The position numbers and the translations under genes were made by a program. This document shows, piece by piece, positions 32,734 through 55,151 of a DNA stretch of 64,000 nucleotides. The notes beneath the pieces are model-generated. The model made no database searches. It had not been told where the DNA came from and saw only the letters and a list, made by a program, of their open reading frames with translations. The stretch is taken from positions 17,670,001 to 17,734,000 of the forward strand of contig CM022676.1 of assembly GCA_012295275.1 (NCBI GenBank). Direction: 5' to 3'. The DNA comes from Chrysomallon squamiferum (taxonomy: Eukaryota > Animalia > Mollusca). Position 1 is the stretch's first letter, and each line of letters opens with the position of its first letter.

Positions 32734-34234
32734 TTACACTAAAAATAACAAAGCAGGTATTTGTCCTTCTGTCACCCATGTACGAAGTTGTCTGTCACTG
32801 TGTTTAGATTTGTGTGACTCAGAAAATCTACAAACAAAAGAGTCTACAACAATTTCTGATTTACCTACACGTCCACACCTTGTGTTTCCTCCCTTAACAT
32901 TAACAAACAAGCTGTACTCAGTGTCTTTAGTAATCTTCACTGGATGTCTGAACACGACGTCATACACGCCAGACACGTGTTCATATCTCTGTGTCAGCGT
33001 AGACCCGTCCAGTATTTCGTCTGTTCTTGTGTCAGTGACGAAGGCGCTGACGTCGTAGTTTTCTGGTTCATAGTAACCGTACAACTGAAATCCGCGAAGT
33101 AAAGAGTTTTTGTTGACAGAGAAAGTAATGGCGTCATCGTCTTTACCAGAACATGACAAGAAGTAACCTAACACACGAAACCTGTCTATTTTAATCTGTG
33201 TTTTCATCATTGGAGTTCTCTTGTTTGAGTTGAAAGGTGAAACATCTTCATCACTCTTCACGAAGTGTTTCAAAATTTTGTTCTCTTCTGTGTCAGTGAG
33301 TATGTGAGTGGGTGTCACGTGTTTTACAAAATACGTCTGATCGAGTAATGGATAACGCAGGTGCTTCACGACCTCTCCCAGTGCTTCGCGCATGTTTTTT
33401 TCATTCGTCTGTCTTCCTTGCTTCCTGCACGCGCTGTCAGCCCACTTCACAGCGGCTTCAAAAACATTTTTCTCGTCTGCTGTCAGTTCCTCTGATCGTA
33501 CGATCTCAACCAGACATTCGTGACAAAGATCGATGACTTCATCTGACTTCAAAACTTCGTCGCCATTTTCCAAAATGAAGTCCAGAGTTTTTTTCCTTAG
33601 ATCAAGTTCATGAAACAGGTGAGCTTGTTCCAGCACGACGCACGCATTCTGTGACGACAACGACGACTCCAAATAGTTTACGCATTTATTTTTAAGTGTT
33701 GTTATGATGTACTTCCTCGATAGATACAGCAGACCGGTGACGTTGTGGCCTGTTAGGACGACGTCATCCGTGTAAAGATATCTGTGTAAAAGAAGTAGAG
33801 TAAGACTTTAAAACGTGAGATAACTAAGTGAGATCAATTAATTATCAACGTTTCTTTCTGTCTGTATGTCTCTCTTCCTCACTGTGTTCGTACGTGCGTT
33901 TTCATGTCTGTCTGTGTGTGTACGTGTGTGTGTCTGTTTGTGTCTATGTGTGTTTCTGTGTGTGTGTTTTAACATACTTTAAAAATTCTGAGAACATATG
34001 TTCCTCCACATCCGGTATTTCGATATTTGTGTCTTCGGGAAGTTCTCCGGTGAACATGCGATCAAATACTTCGCTTCGAATAATGAGTATGAATCGGTGA
34101 GCATTGAGAGGCGTTTTATGTTCCCCAACTAAGAATGTGACGTCCGTGTCAGTTTTTGTAAGAAAAACGTGTTCAATGCATTGCATCAGATTCTTTCCTC
34201 TCTGCCAACTTGAGACTGAAGCTGCGGTGGCCAT
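32734..34234 (-). CDS. BTB/POZ-BACK-PHR domain protein (BTBD1/2/3/6-like), 434 aa, copy 1
   Basis: Exons 34234-33978 and 33781-32734 joined by a phase-2 GT-AG intron (FLK|YLYTD). BTB motifs DVTFLVG, AHRFIL, SEVF, IPDV; BACK EKNVFEAAVKWA, LRYPLL; PHR C-terminus GQIPALLF. Confidence 0.93.
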
Positions 34235-34254
34235 GATTTCACTACAAACAGTGG

Positions 34255-34289
<35 letters not shown>

Positions 34290-35310
34290 TATAATTATAA
34301 TTATAATTATTATAATAATAATAACAATAACAACAACAATAATAATTATAACAATAACAATAATAATAATAATAATAATAATAAAAAAGAAACTGTTCTC
34401 ACATAGAACTGCAATAATTCATACAAAGAAAAATAAAACGTCAAATTGAATTAAAATAATTTAATTAATTAATTATATAGTAATAATAAATAATGAATAA
34501 AAAGGTAGTAATAAAAAATCAAATAAATATCAATAAAATAAAATATAACTCATTAATAGTAATAATAATAATAATGAGAACCTCATTCTAAATATAATTA
34601 AAAAAATATTTCCGTGCACAATTTCCTTGTGGTCATTTATAACAATCTACTTCTCGAAAAGTCAGCAAAATTATCAGTCACTGACAGATCTAAAAAGAAA
34701 CATGTAAGAAAAAGGAAAGAAGCAAAATAATAATCAAGAAAAAAAAGCGATAGTTTAAAATAGAAAACAAGTGAAAATACCTTCTAATTTGAACTTCCTG
34801 ATGGACAATGTATTTAACCAACTATTTTCTGTCAATCAACTCAACGGTAGATCACCGCTATCACCGATCTAAGAAGAAATGAATAAAAATAAAAATAATA
34901 TAAAACAAAATGAAATAAAGTAAACAATAAATAGCAAAAGATGTCCATAAAATAATAAGGGCTCTAATAGGGTAGTAACGGTAGTAGTAGTACTACTAGT
35001 ATTAAAAATACTACTACTACTATTACAAACAGTAAGAACAGCATACTAAAGTCAGGATAATCGTAAACTTTTTTCATTTCAGTTCAAAAAATCTCACACT
35101 TAAATAATATATTTGTTATAGAACAAACTCTAATATATTTACCAATAAATTAAGAATACTGGAATAATTAACATAATAATAAAATAAAAAGTATCATAGA
35201 CTTTCAGTATGGCCGACTTGTTTTGTTTCTTCTTTGTGTACTTTTGGTTCTCAAAATCCTCCACTGATAAACACGCGAGTGACGTCAAACCTTTTACACG
35301 TCATCAAGTG

Positions 35311-35519
35311 CAGTGGCGTGCAGAGGTGGGAGCCGAAGGGGCTCTGGCACCTGGCATCCAATATGAGCGATTTATATTCAAATCGAATAAAGTGTTTATT
35401 TTATGTTTCATCTTTTTTTACACATTCAAACTATCTTCCTTTCTCATACTATTCCTCAGTGCTAGGCCTTGTACTTGAGCCTTTGGCCCCGGGCTTCACC
35501 AGACCTCCACACGACACAG
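35311..35519. mobile_element. hAT-type MITE, copy 1
   Basis: Ends CAGTGGCGTG ... CACGACACAG; perfect 8-bp TSD ATCAAGTG at 35303-35310 and 35520-35527. Confidence 0.85.
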
Positions 35520-35689
35520 ATCAAGTGTCACGTTGTTAGGTTTCAATGTCAGAATAAAATAAAGAAATCGTGCTACGAGATATATGTATACTCACCTTAC
35601 ATAAATCTTCTTTAAAATAGATTAAAACAATTGAATAGATTAAGTACTACTAGACTGCATTGTTTATACGTAAGTTATAAAATGTGTAA

Positions 35690-35720
<31 letters not shown>

Positions 35721-36692
35721 GCAAGAAGAACAACAACAGTAGCGAAAATATCAACGACATCAACAAAAACAACAACAACAATAATAATAATAATAAATAA
35801 ATAAATAAATAAATAAATTTTACAGTGCACTAAATAGAAGTGTACATATTTTATTTCTCTCACGACGCTTGCATCACCAGTTTATCAAGATGAACTAACA
35901 CGTGATTTTTGTTTGTTATGTTGGTCAGGTAAAAATAGCGTGTCACAGGTGTATGAGACACACAAAGGTATATTCGGTTGTTATTTACAACGATCTGACA
36001 AATTCATTGTTAACAAACTCTCAGCACATAAGTGTAGAAATAAGCCGAGAAAATATGAAATTTTTACATTTGTCATCATTTCAATAAAGACGATATAGAC
36101 AACCCAATTATTTCCAATAAACAGAACAAACTAACAAACTCGTAAATAGAAAATAATACAATTATATTAGATAATTTTATCACATCTTCTATTGTCACTT
36201 TCCATATGTTCAAAAAGCCTAACGCTGTAATATTGTTTATTATAGGTATATCAATAGCAGCGATAAAACAAATGCAATAACATATACACTGATTGGAACG
36301 GGTGATATTCCAAAAGGAACGTTAGATCAGAAGGAAGGAACTAACGAAGAAAGAAAAACAGATTGAACTGAACAGATGCTAAGAACCAAAAAATAAATAA
36401 ATAAATAAATAAATAAGAAGAAGACATACAATAAATAGCAATAAAAAGAATAAATTAAGAAAACGCAATATAAACAGTTTTTTAGTTTCAAATTAGTTAC
36501 TTACCTGAAAAATGATCTGATCGATAATTTCTTAGAAACAAGTAATTTCTGTTTACCTCTTCTACTGTTCACAGAGATCAGGTATCTATAAACAAACAAA
36601 TAAATAAATAAAGAAATCAATAAATACAATGAAATAAAGTAAAACGAAGTAATCAGATATCGCATAAATTGTATACGATACATTGAACTCTA

Positions 36693-37020
36693 CAGATACC
36701 GGACCAATTATACGGCGTCCTGAAATCGTGAAGGACCAGAAAACTGTAACTTTTTCCCGACGTTATTTTCATAGGTCGCGAGTGTAGGTTTTGTCCTCAT
36801 CAGACGGAAACTACTCATTCACTCGCCGCATTGTTTACATGTCGAGTCGCCACAGCTGTGTATCGTCATTTTTATTTTATTTTTTTACATTTTTTTTACT
36901 TTTAAAATGTTTATGCCTAATTATTTACGGATTTAGATACCTTGGTACCTGAAAACTGGAAACTTCAGAAATCCGGAAACCTAAGGCACCAAGGAGTCCG
37001 GGTAATTGGTCCAGTACCTG
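36693..37020. mobile_element. TA-target (Tc1/mariner/pogo-type) MITE, copy 1
   Basis: ~29-bp imperfect TIRs CAGATACCGGACCAATTATACGGCGTCCT and AGGAGTCCGGGTAATTGGTCCAGTACCTG, flanked by TA on both sides. Confidence 0.8.
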
Positions 37021-37859
37021 TATTTAGGTAATAGTATTAAAACTAGTGGTGCTGCAGCTGCTACTAATACTATTAATAGAATAATAATTCTTATTATAAT
37101 GAGGATACCATTATTATTTTTATTTTTTAGAATTGTTTTTATTTTTTCTTTAATTTATAATTGCTATTGTAGGTGTTATTGTTATTAAGTATTTTTCGAT
37201 ATTTCTCATAAACCAGTGTGTTAGGTATAAGAAGAAAAAATCGTTTAACAAAATCACGCATAAAATGTATAGGCTTGACAAAATAGATTAAAAGTTCAAT
37301 ATGTCTGATCTGATTTAAGCAAAGTAATAATAGTACGGCATATGTTAAATTACAATAAAATACACAATACCTTCAAATTTCAAAATGGCAGTCTCCCTAA
37401 GAAAGTACGTCCTTGCTTGGTGAGTGTTTTCCTGGAACTGACAACGTCCTGTTTGACAGGTAACTGAAATATCTTCTGTGTATCGCTGTTTACAAAGTCG
37501 TCTGCTCATAAACACGTGACTGAAATCGATGTCATACAGGTCACGCCACCTTTAGCGGTAAGAACATGCACATATTTTGTTACATGCAATACGTGCCGTA
37601 TAATGTATCGTATCTTTCTATATATTTGTCATTACTTATTTTTGTCTGTGAAATATTTATCTTTATTTCTCAAAGTATATTGATGAAAAACGTATCGCTA
37701 ACGAGTTTCTGTTATGTAGGTCAGATAGAAATAGCGTGCTAATAGTACTGGTAACAAGAAACGTCATACCTAGAATCGTGAAAAATTAAATGTAATTGTG
37801 AATCAGAAAATATGGGACAATCTTTTATTTGTACATGTTATGAGAAAAAGCGAACTGTA

Positions 37860-37942
<83 letters not shown>

Positions 37943-39669
37943 AAAAGTAAATAAATATGTAAGTAAATAAATAAAATAAAAACCTACTCATCATTTATAG
38001 TAATACGTTTTATTTTTACTTACTTAATTTATTTATTTGTATTTTGTCTTTGTTTCTTTGTTTATTATTTTTTTTTATTTCACCACATAATATGCAGTAT
38101 AATATATAATACTACTAATTCATATTAATCTAAAAAAGTAAAAGTAAATTAATGAGTTAAAATAGATAATTTTCCACCAAATGAGTAATAACGGTAATAA
38201 TGATAATAACAGTAACAATAAATCTGTTTTAGACATTCCTACTAAGAAAATGAAACATCTCAACAACAAATATTAAGAACTAAATTCTTGGATAAAATTG
38301 AAAGTGTTTAGAAAGTTCCACACCAAAATATCATATTAAAAACATTACTTGTGTGAATCATAGACAGTTCTTATTGAAGAATCTATAACATTGTGATACT
38401 TAATTTAAATTCAAAGTCACCGTGTTCTTTAAGACAGATATAATCAGATGTAGACATTACACAGAATCTTTGTACCAGACACAGCACCAAGTAAAGTCAA
38501 GTCTGTGAAAAAAGAAAATATTCTCAAAAAAATGGCTAAATCTAGAAATCTTTAACTGCTGCAAATCTTATGGTTCAAGGGAGATAATGTTATTTATTTA
38601 TTTATTTCATTTATTTATTTTTATTTTAAAGAATAATCAACTTAATTACGTAATCCAAATATAAAATAACAAAGAATATGAAGATTTCTGTTAAAGATTA
38701 AAATGAAAAGAACAAAGTATGTCAATAAAACATAAAGTGAAAGATCATATGTTGTCTGTAAGCTTTATTATTAAGACATTTTCTTAATGAATAATTTCCA
38801 GATCACATTATCTGTTAAGTTGTTTCTTAATATTTAAATTGTTTTGTAACCAAATGTCTTCATATTGTTATTTTATTATGTTAATATACTTTTATTAACA
38901 AAACAGAAATCTTGGTATGTTTTTGCTCTATTATACTCTCAGCTCTTCAAAGGCTTATGAAACATTTTATACCATGTTGTTTTTTTCAAATTTCTATTTT
39001 AGGATTATTGTGTTTTCTGTTGTTTACTACACATTTTTAGCTAGCATTTTCATCAGCTTGGGAGACAATTTCATCAGAGTGAGGAATACTTTTATCTACA
39101 TAGTTTTGAAATAACAGTAGAAGTAATAAATCTGAAAATGTGGAGATAATCATACAAATAATAGTTACACCGACAGACAGATATAAGGATGTTTTAATAT
39201 TATGACTGAGTTAAGGAAACAAGTCTGGACTGATTTCAGTATTCTATACCTGGTTTATGTTTAACAAAGATTTTTTTTGTATGGATTTCTCTTCAAATGA
39301 ACATATATACTAATATTAATTTGCTATTTTGAAAACAAATGTATATCATTAAGATTCTTTTATAATATATAAATCAGTTAACCTCTGTCAGTTTATTCAT
39401 ATCTATCTCTGTTTATTCATATCTGTCTGTCTATCTGTTTATTCATATATGTCTGTATGTCTGTTTATTCATATCAGTCTGTCTGTTTGTCTGTCTGACT
39501 CTATGCTACAGTCAATCCGTGGAACCAGTCTTTACACATATTACACAAAATAACTAAAGTGATTCAAGTCATATTGCTGACAGTTATTATACAGGGTTTG
39601 TTGTTTTAGTTTTTTTATTTGGTGTTCCTATGATGGGTAATTATATTAAAAAATATTTACAAGGAGAGA

Positions 39670-47730
<8,061 letters not shown>

Positions 47731-48997
47731 ATATAATTTATTTAATGTGTTTATTTGAATAATATTAAATTTTTTCTGTGTTTTTTTATTTATTTGTTTA
47801 TTTTTTATTTATTTATTTATTTATTTAAATACAACAAAAAATATTTGATGTTTAGCTTTTCGCTCCACATTCGTTGAGAGAGACAGAGAGAGAGATATTT
47901 GCTGCATGAACTAAGTTCCTGTTTTTTCTTGTTTAGAAAAGTAGAATGAACAATGAATGACTGACTAATACTACTTACTTTGTTTTGTAAATGACAAAAG
48001 TTCTGTAAAGATTAGAATCTAGCTTACAGACGCACTACATTTTACACACACATTAATAACAACAAGAGTAGTTTTATGTTTTACACTGTGTGGATAATAG
48101 TTATTTGATGTCGTTAGACAGTGGTTGGGAACAGAGCCGAATTAACAACGTAGCAGATGTAGCAAATGTTCGGGTTCAGGGATAGGGATCACTTTTTTTT
48201 CTATTCTTTTTTTGTTTTTTTTACTCACTCAATGTAGTAAGATGTTCTTGCACCGTGACGTCAGAGATCACAGCAAGCAATCATGTTTTACAGACTGCAC
48301 GGGGGAGCGTTCGTTTTCCTAACTGCGCCGAGTACAAAATGCAGAAAGAAAAACGTTTAAATGTGCTGACGTTGATGAGCGTCCAATGTGAGTTGTTGAG
48401 AAAGGTTGACACTATTTCCATTATAAAAGACTTTGCTCATATATAATTTAATATGTGTCTGAATCACACTTGTCTACTGCTGGGAAGATACTTTTTGTTT
48501 CCACAATGCATAGGACTGATTGTTCAAACATTAAGGTGTGTTTACTATTTGATATTTAAAACAATGGTACAATGGAAAGTAGTTTGACTTTGAACTATTA
48601 GGTTTAAAAACATCACGATATGAACGAGTGAACTGGAAGATTATGAAAACCATCGAAGCGACAACTTGTATTATTTATACTGGCATGTAGGATGTTTTTA
48701 TAGTCATGATTTTCAGATAGTCTGGTTCGACAAAACATTCATTCAAGTTATCTATAAGCGATGTAGATTAAAAGAAAACAAAGTAATATTAAGATTATGA
48801 AAAAAAAAGTTGAATATTTTCTCCAAAAGCTGTCTTTAATTTTACATATGCTGTGTTAATGTATGAAACACGATATGTATTCTCATTTTAGTGTGTACAC
48901 ACACACACACACACATATAGATTTATATATATATATATAAAAAAAAAGACAAAACCTAATCTCTAACTCCTGCATATAAAACACGCGTCTAATATTC

Positions 48998-49029
<32 letters not shown>

Positions 49030-50008
49030 CTACACTCATAATTACTTTCAGATACACGGATACAAACCCACACAAAGACACACTGTGACGAAGATAGATA
49101 ATGACGTCTTCGATTATCGCAAAACACGGTTAATTATGAAACTGTGTTTCATTAGATATATTTCTTTTACATATCCAAACTAAAACATATTTTATTAAAG
49201 CACTAATTTTTATTTTTGTGTAATCTTGAGATTACCTAGTTTTATATATGAGATAGAGGAAAGATAAAATAACGAAAAATATTAAATAAATAAATATTAA
49301 TAATTATAATCAGGAAATAAACTGCATTTAAATTCGATATATGCAGATAATTAAAGTTCTGTTTGACCATCCGTAATACCCTTTACTGCAAAAAAAGTCC
49401 ATGATGAACCTTTAAATACATACTCTTATTTGTTTTATATATATTTTTTTATTATTATAATATTTTAAAATTTCCTACTTACATTAATTACCGGCTAGAG
49501 TACAGCCAGTTTTGACTGATAAACTAACACGGCTTTGAAATGTGTCAACCCGCGTGTCTTAGCTTTTATCTTTGATTTCGTGACAAGTCACCAGAGAGAA
49601 TTCCAAACTTTTCCTTGATCTCATAAGTTTCGTGGCATCTGGTAAGATACTTTTCTTCTTCTTCTTCTTCTTTTACCGTCAGTAGGCAGTGTAGTCTGTG
49701 TCATTATCGGTATACTGTTTAACACACACACACAACATACACAGAAGATCACCTTAGAGAATTTCAAACATTAGCCTTGCTTGAATTATACATGTTCCTT
49801 CTTTTTATATATAAGTGTTATGATTTCGTGAATTGATTTATTTGTTTTTATAAAAAAGTAGGTTTGTTTATCTCTACAGATTTGTATCTCTCTCTCTGTT
49901 AACGTTTATATGTGTGGATGTGTGCGTATATGTGTGTATATATGTGTGTATGTGTGTGTATGTCTATGTGTGTGTGTGTATATGTGTATATGTGTGTGTG
50001 TGTGTATG

Positions 50009-50043
<35 letters not shown>

Positions 50044-50119
50044 GATATGTTTAAGAAAGAGTGAATACTGCTCTGACTGTGGAAAACAGATGTGATGGGT
50101 AGATACCTGTCTGTGTATG

Positions 50120-50150
<31 letters not shown>

Positions 50151-50240
50151 TATCGGCTCAGACAGGTATACATACATATATACATACATACATACATACA
50201 TACATACATACATACATACATACATACATACATACATACA

Positions 50241-50272
<32 letters not shown>

Positions 50273-50277
50273 CATAC

Positions 50278-50320
<43 letters not shown>

Positions 50321-51776
50321 CTCTCCCAAAAAAGAAACGCAAAATTACTGATTTCTTAGATACCTATTGTAAACTGACACATATCGATGTACAAACTATG
50401 AATATAAATGACATTTGGTTATTCAAACGTATAGCTTTTGTTAAAGTCGCCAAAAAGCAGGTAACACAAATTAAAGGCTATGATCGTGTTTATGAGCCAA
50501 AACGTCCCTGCATGCAAACCACGTTACCAGTGCAGGTGCACGTGTGGCACATGAAAGTTGAATACGAGGGTTATAAACATGCAAGGTTTTCGAAAACTTC
50601 TATTCATTATTTTTGTTCTCACCCAACATCAAACAAATGCCACGACTGAGTGAACCGCAACGAAACAACACCATCGGCCGTTTACAAGCTGGCGAATCCT
50701 TCTCGGCCGTAGCCCGGGTGTTCCATGTATCCCCAAGCACCATCTTGAGATTGTAGTATAGGTTCCACCGACACCAAACAAAACGTGACCGTCCCATATC
50801 AGGTAGACCACGTGCAACCACCAGGGCCCAGGACCGCTACATACGGGTACTTCATCTACGGAAAAGAAATACCATGGCAACCTCTAATGCTTCAACAATA
50901 CCAGGTATGTGTAGAATGTCGGCTCAGACAGTGCGCAATTGTTTACGCGAGGCAGGTATTCGAGCCAGACGGCCTGTAAGATGAGTGGTTTTGACTCAAG
51001 AACGTCATCGACTACGAAGTCAATGGTGTCAATCTGTCTGGTTTAGTGACGAGGCTCAATTTCTGCTTCGTTCAGCTGATGGAAGATGTCGAGTTTACAG
51101 ACGTCGTGGTGAACGTTTTGCTGTAAACTGCATACAGGAAGCTGACAGATTTGGCGGTGGTAGTGTGATGGTGTGGGCAGCAATCTCATACACTGGCAGG
51201 ACCAACCTGGTTCACATGCAAGGCAACTTAACGGCTCACAGATACCGAGATGAAATTTTCCAGCCATATATCGCTCCAGTTATGAATAATGGTAACGCTG
51301 TATTCCAGCACGACAATGCGAGACCACATACAGCCAGACTCACAACAGCGTACCTGCACAACTATAACATTCAGGTCCTGCCCTGGCCCTCTAAATCTCC
51401 GGATTTGAACCCTATATAGCATTTATGGGATGAGTGTGATAGACGACTGATGCAGCATCAACCACAGAATCGTGGTGAGTTGGCATTATTACTACAGACA
51501 GAGTGGGCCACCATTCCACAAGGTGTAACTCGTAATGTCATTACTGCAATGGGAAGAAGATGTCAGGCAGTTCTGGACTCCCACAGTGGGCACACAAGGA
51601 ATTGATATTACACTGTTATATCCTAGAATTTTAACCTTTTCAATGTAATACCATCAATACTAATGAATTGCGAAAGTGTGTGTAAAATGTGAATATTCAT
51701 CTGCTTTTTGTTGATCCATTACATAGATATTCCCAATGTCAATAAAATCTACTTTTGCGTTTCTTTTTTGTTAGAG
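50321..51776 (+). mobile_element. Tc1-family DNA transposon with both TIRs, inactive
   Basis: TIRs CTCTCCCAAAAAAGAAACGCAAAA and TTTTGCGTTTCTTTTTTGTTAGAG, flanked by TA; transposase inside; absent from the paralogous site near 31225-31240. Confidence 0.93.
50637..51605 (+). pseudogene. Tc1 DD34E transposase pseudogene
   Basis: MPRLSEPQR...SGRPR...WFSDE...QHDNARPH...WPSKSPDLNPI*HLW. Stops at 50754, 50982 and 51417; the last replaces the catalytic E, 34 residues after the second D. Confidence 0.92.
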
Positions 51777-52642
51777 TATATATATATATATACACACACA
51801 CACACATACATATATATATATAAACAGAGACAAAACGGATACCTAATTACGTTTAAATTGCAGTGAAAAATTATGTGTAGTTATTGACAATGCTAATTAC
51901 TATATCAATTATTTGTCTTTCGTTCTGGAATTTACATTCAGTATCCGAAGTAGACAGCATCCGGATTAGTCACGCCAGGGTTTGTAATTTGATAGGAAAT
52001 GCCCCCCACCCAGTGGAATAGCACAGTGCATAGCATCCCTGTTACTCCTATCTTCTGGCACACCACTGGCATAGACAGTTAAATCTCAGTCAGAAGGGAA
52101 ATGTTTATATACAAACAGTTTCTGACTACTACAGCAGGTTTTATCAGTACTTTAATTAATTACTGTTTATGAAGGAAGTTGGTCAATAAATAATCTCAAA
52201 TCAGACTTTCGCTCTTTTTATTTTTCAGTTGTGTATCACAAGTATGGGACTAGAGGTGTTTGTAGCTGCAGCTAAAAATAAAGTCAGAAAAACCTGACAT
52301 TTTAAGGTTGCGGAGTGATAAAATATTTTTGCTGCAATTTAACAGACATACTGTACTTGAAACTGTTGTTAAACAGAAACATAAATAATTTTGGGCAAAA
52401 AACCCCAACAGTTTGACCCATTTCTAATGTGGAAATATTTGTTGTTCATATCAAAACCACAAATAGAAGGAATGTTTATAGTGAGATGCAGTTACAGACA
52501 CAATCACTACTGCTATATGTGTGGTATATTAGGAGGGGTTTGTGATTTACAGGGTTTGTGATTTACAGGGTTTGTGATTTCCTGCTACACTAGTTTTTAC
52601 ACAAATCTCGGTTAGTCCAAGGTTCTTTTTTGCCGAGTGCAC

Positions 52643-52726
<84 letters not shown>

Positions 52727-53552
52727 ATGAAATAATTTAAAACAGATTATTTGTTTATTTTTTAAAGTTAACTTATTATCAGTGTTAGTGAAATCAAGGG
52801 CAAGCTAATATACATGTGTGTACGTATATATGTATGCATGTTTTTTTGGTTGCATACATACACACACATATAATATTTCTCACTCTGAACAGAATAGAAA
52901 CAAATAAATACATAAATAACAAAAAAAAAAATAATAATATCTGACACATTTATTTCTATATCTTTGTAATTCACCTGTTTACAAATATAAACACAAATTA
53001 AATACAAAAAAATAATTCATAATAAAAAAAAAATACAAATTTATTTATCTGTTTTTTTTTATTTATATCTCATCTATAAATAAATAAACAAAGAGTTGCT
53101 AGTCTTAGTAAAAGAAAATGGATAAATAAATGAAATAACAGTTCTTATTTTCATGTCTAACAACTAGGAAATACATACATAATGTATCTACATATTATAT
53201 TTCATATACAAAAAAAAAATAAAAAAAAAAAAATAAACCAAAAAAAATGAAAAATGCATAAATAAATAAGTAAATAAATAAATAATAACAGTAACATAAT
53301 AAATAAGAAATGAGATGTTTATATACATGATGCACGTGTTTGACAGAAATCAGTTCATTAGAAATCAAAAAATTCAAATCAAGTGTATGACGTCATCACT
53401 GCTGTCTGACGTCATCAGAAATACAAAACGTAAACAAACATAAATAAATAAATAAATCAAAATAAATAAATAAATAAATAAAAAAATAAATAAAAATAAA
53501 ATACTACGTCAGTGATGATTAAATTTGACAGTTTTGAACGATGTTGTTTTTT

Positions 53553-55066
53553 TTACACTAAAAATAACAAAGCAGGTATTTGTCCGCCTGTCACACGTGT
53601 ACGAAGTTGTCTGTCACTGTGTTTAGATTTGTGTGACTTACAAAATCTACAAACAAAAGAGTCTACAACAATTTCTGATTTACCATCAACTCCCCACAAT
53701 GAGTCTCCTCCCTTAACATTAACAAACAAGCTGTACTCAGTGTCTTTAGTAATCTTCACTGGACGACTGAACACGACGTCATACACGTCAGACACGACGT
53801 GTTTATATCTCTGTGTCAGTGTAGACCCGTCCAGTATTTCGTCTGTTCTTGTGTCAGTGACGAAGGCGCTGACGTCGTAGTTTCGTGGTTCAAGTTGACC
53901 GTACAACTGAAATCCGCGAAGTAAAGCGTTTTTGTTGACAGAGAAAGTAATGGCGTCGTCTTCTTCACCAGAACATAGCCAGTAACCAAACCTACCAAAT
54001 CTGTTTATTGTAATATGTGTTTTCATCATTGCAGTTCTCTTGTTTGAGTTAAAAGGTGAAACATCTTCATCACTGCTCACCCAGTGTCTCAAAATCTTGT
54101 TTTCTTCTGTCTCAGTGAGTATGTGAGTGGGTGTCACGTGTTCTACAAAATACGTCTGATCGAGTAATGGATAACGCACGTGCTTCACGACCTCTCCCAG
54201 TGCTTCGCGCATGTTTTTTTCACTCGTCTGTCTTCCTTGCTTCCTGCACGCGCTGTCAGCCCACTTCACAGCGGCTTCAAAAACATTTTTCTCTTCTGCT
54301 GCCAGTTCGTCTGATCGTACGATCTCAACCAGACATTCGTGACAAAGATCGGTGACTTCATCCGACTTCAGAACTTCGTCGCCATTTTCCAAAATGTAGT
54401 CCAGACTTTTTCTCCTTAGATGATGTTCATCAAACAGGTGAGCTTGTTCCAGCACGACGCACGCATTCTGTGACGACAACGACGACTCCAAATAATGTGT
54501 GCATTCATCTTCCAGTGTCGTGACTATGTACTTCTTCGATAGATACAGCAGACCGGTGACGTTGTCGCCTGTTAGGACGACGTCATCCGTATAAAGATAT
54601 CTGTATAAAAGAAGTAGAGTAAGACTTTAAAACGTGAGATAATTATGTGAGATTAATTAATTAGAAAATAATTAGATTACTAACAAAAACTGTATTGTTA
54701 TCAACGTTTCTGTCTGTCTGTATGTCTCACTTCCTCACTGTGTTCGTAGGTGTGTTTCCATGTTTGTTTGTGTGTGTGTGTGTGTGTGTGTCTGTGTGTT
54801 TTAACATACTTTAAAAACTCTGAAAAGATGTCTGCCTTCACATCAGGTATCACAATATCTGATTTTTCGCGAAGTTCTCCAGTCAACATCTGACTGAAAA
54901 CTTCGCTTCGAATGATCAGAATTAAACGATGCGCATCGACAGCAGTTTTATGTTCCCCGACTAAAAATCTGACGTCCGTGTGTGTTCTTGTACGAAAAAC
55001 GTGTTCAAGGCATTCTACCAGATTCTTCCCTGTCTGCCAACCTGAGATTACACTTGAGGTGGCCAT
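53553..55066 (-). CDS. BTB/POZ-BACK-PHR domain protein (BTBD1/2/3/6-like), 434 aa, copy 2
   Basis: Exons 55066-54810 and 54600-53553; same intron position, phase and domain motifs as copy 1. Confidence 0.93.
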
Positions 55067-55086
55067 GTTCTCACTAGAAACAGAAG

Positions 55087-55151
<65 letters not shown>

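Larger units (their letters stand above)
30130..38245. repeat. Segmental duplication block A (contains BTB copy 1)
   Basis: Colinear similarity to ~48580-58952 across UTR, introns, both MITEs and upstream region. Confidence 0.9.

Noticed and set aside
32717-33536. Plus-strand ORFs overlapping the BTB genes (also 53512-54355, and minus-strand 61988-62227)
   Set aside because: Antisense shadows of the real coding strand
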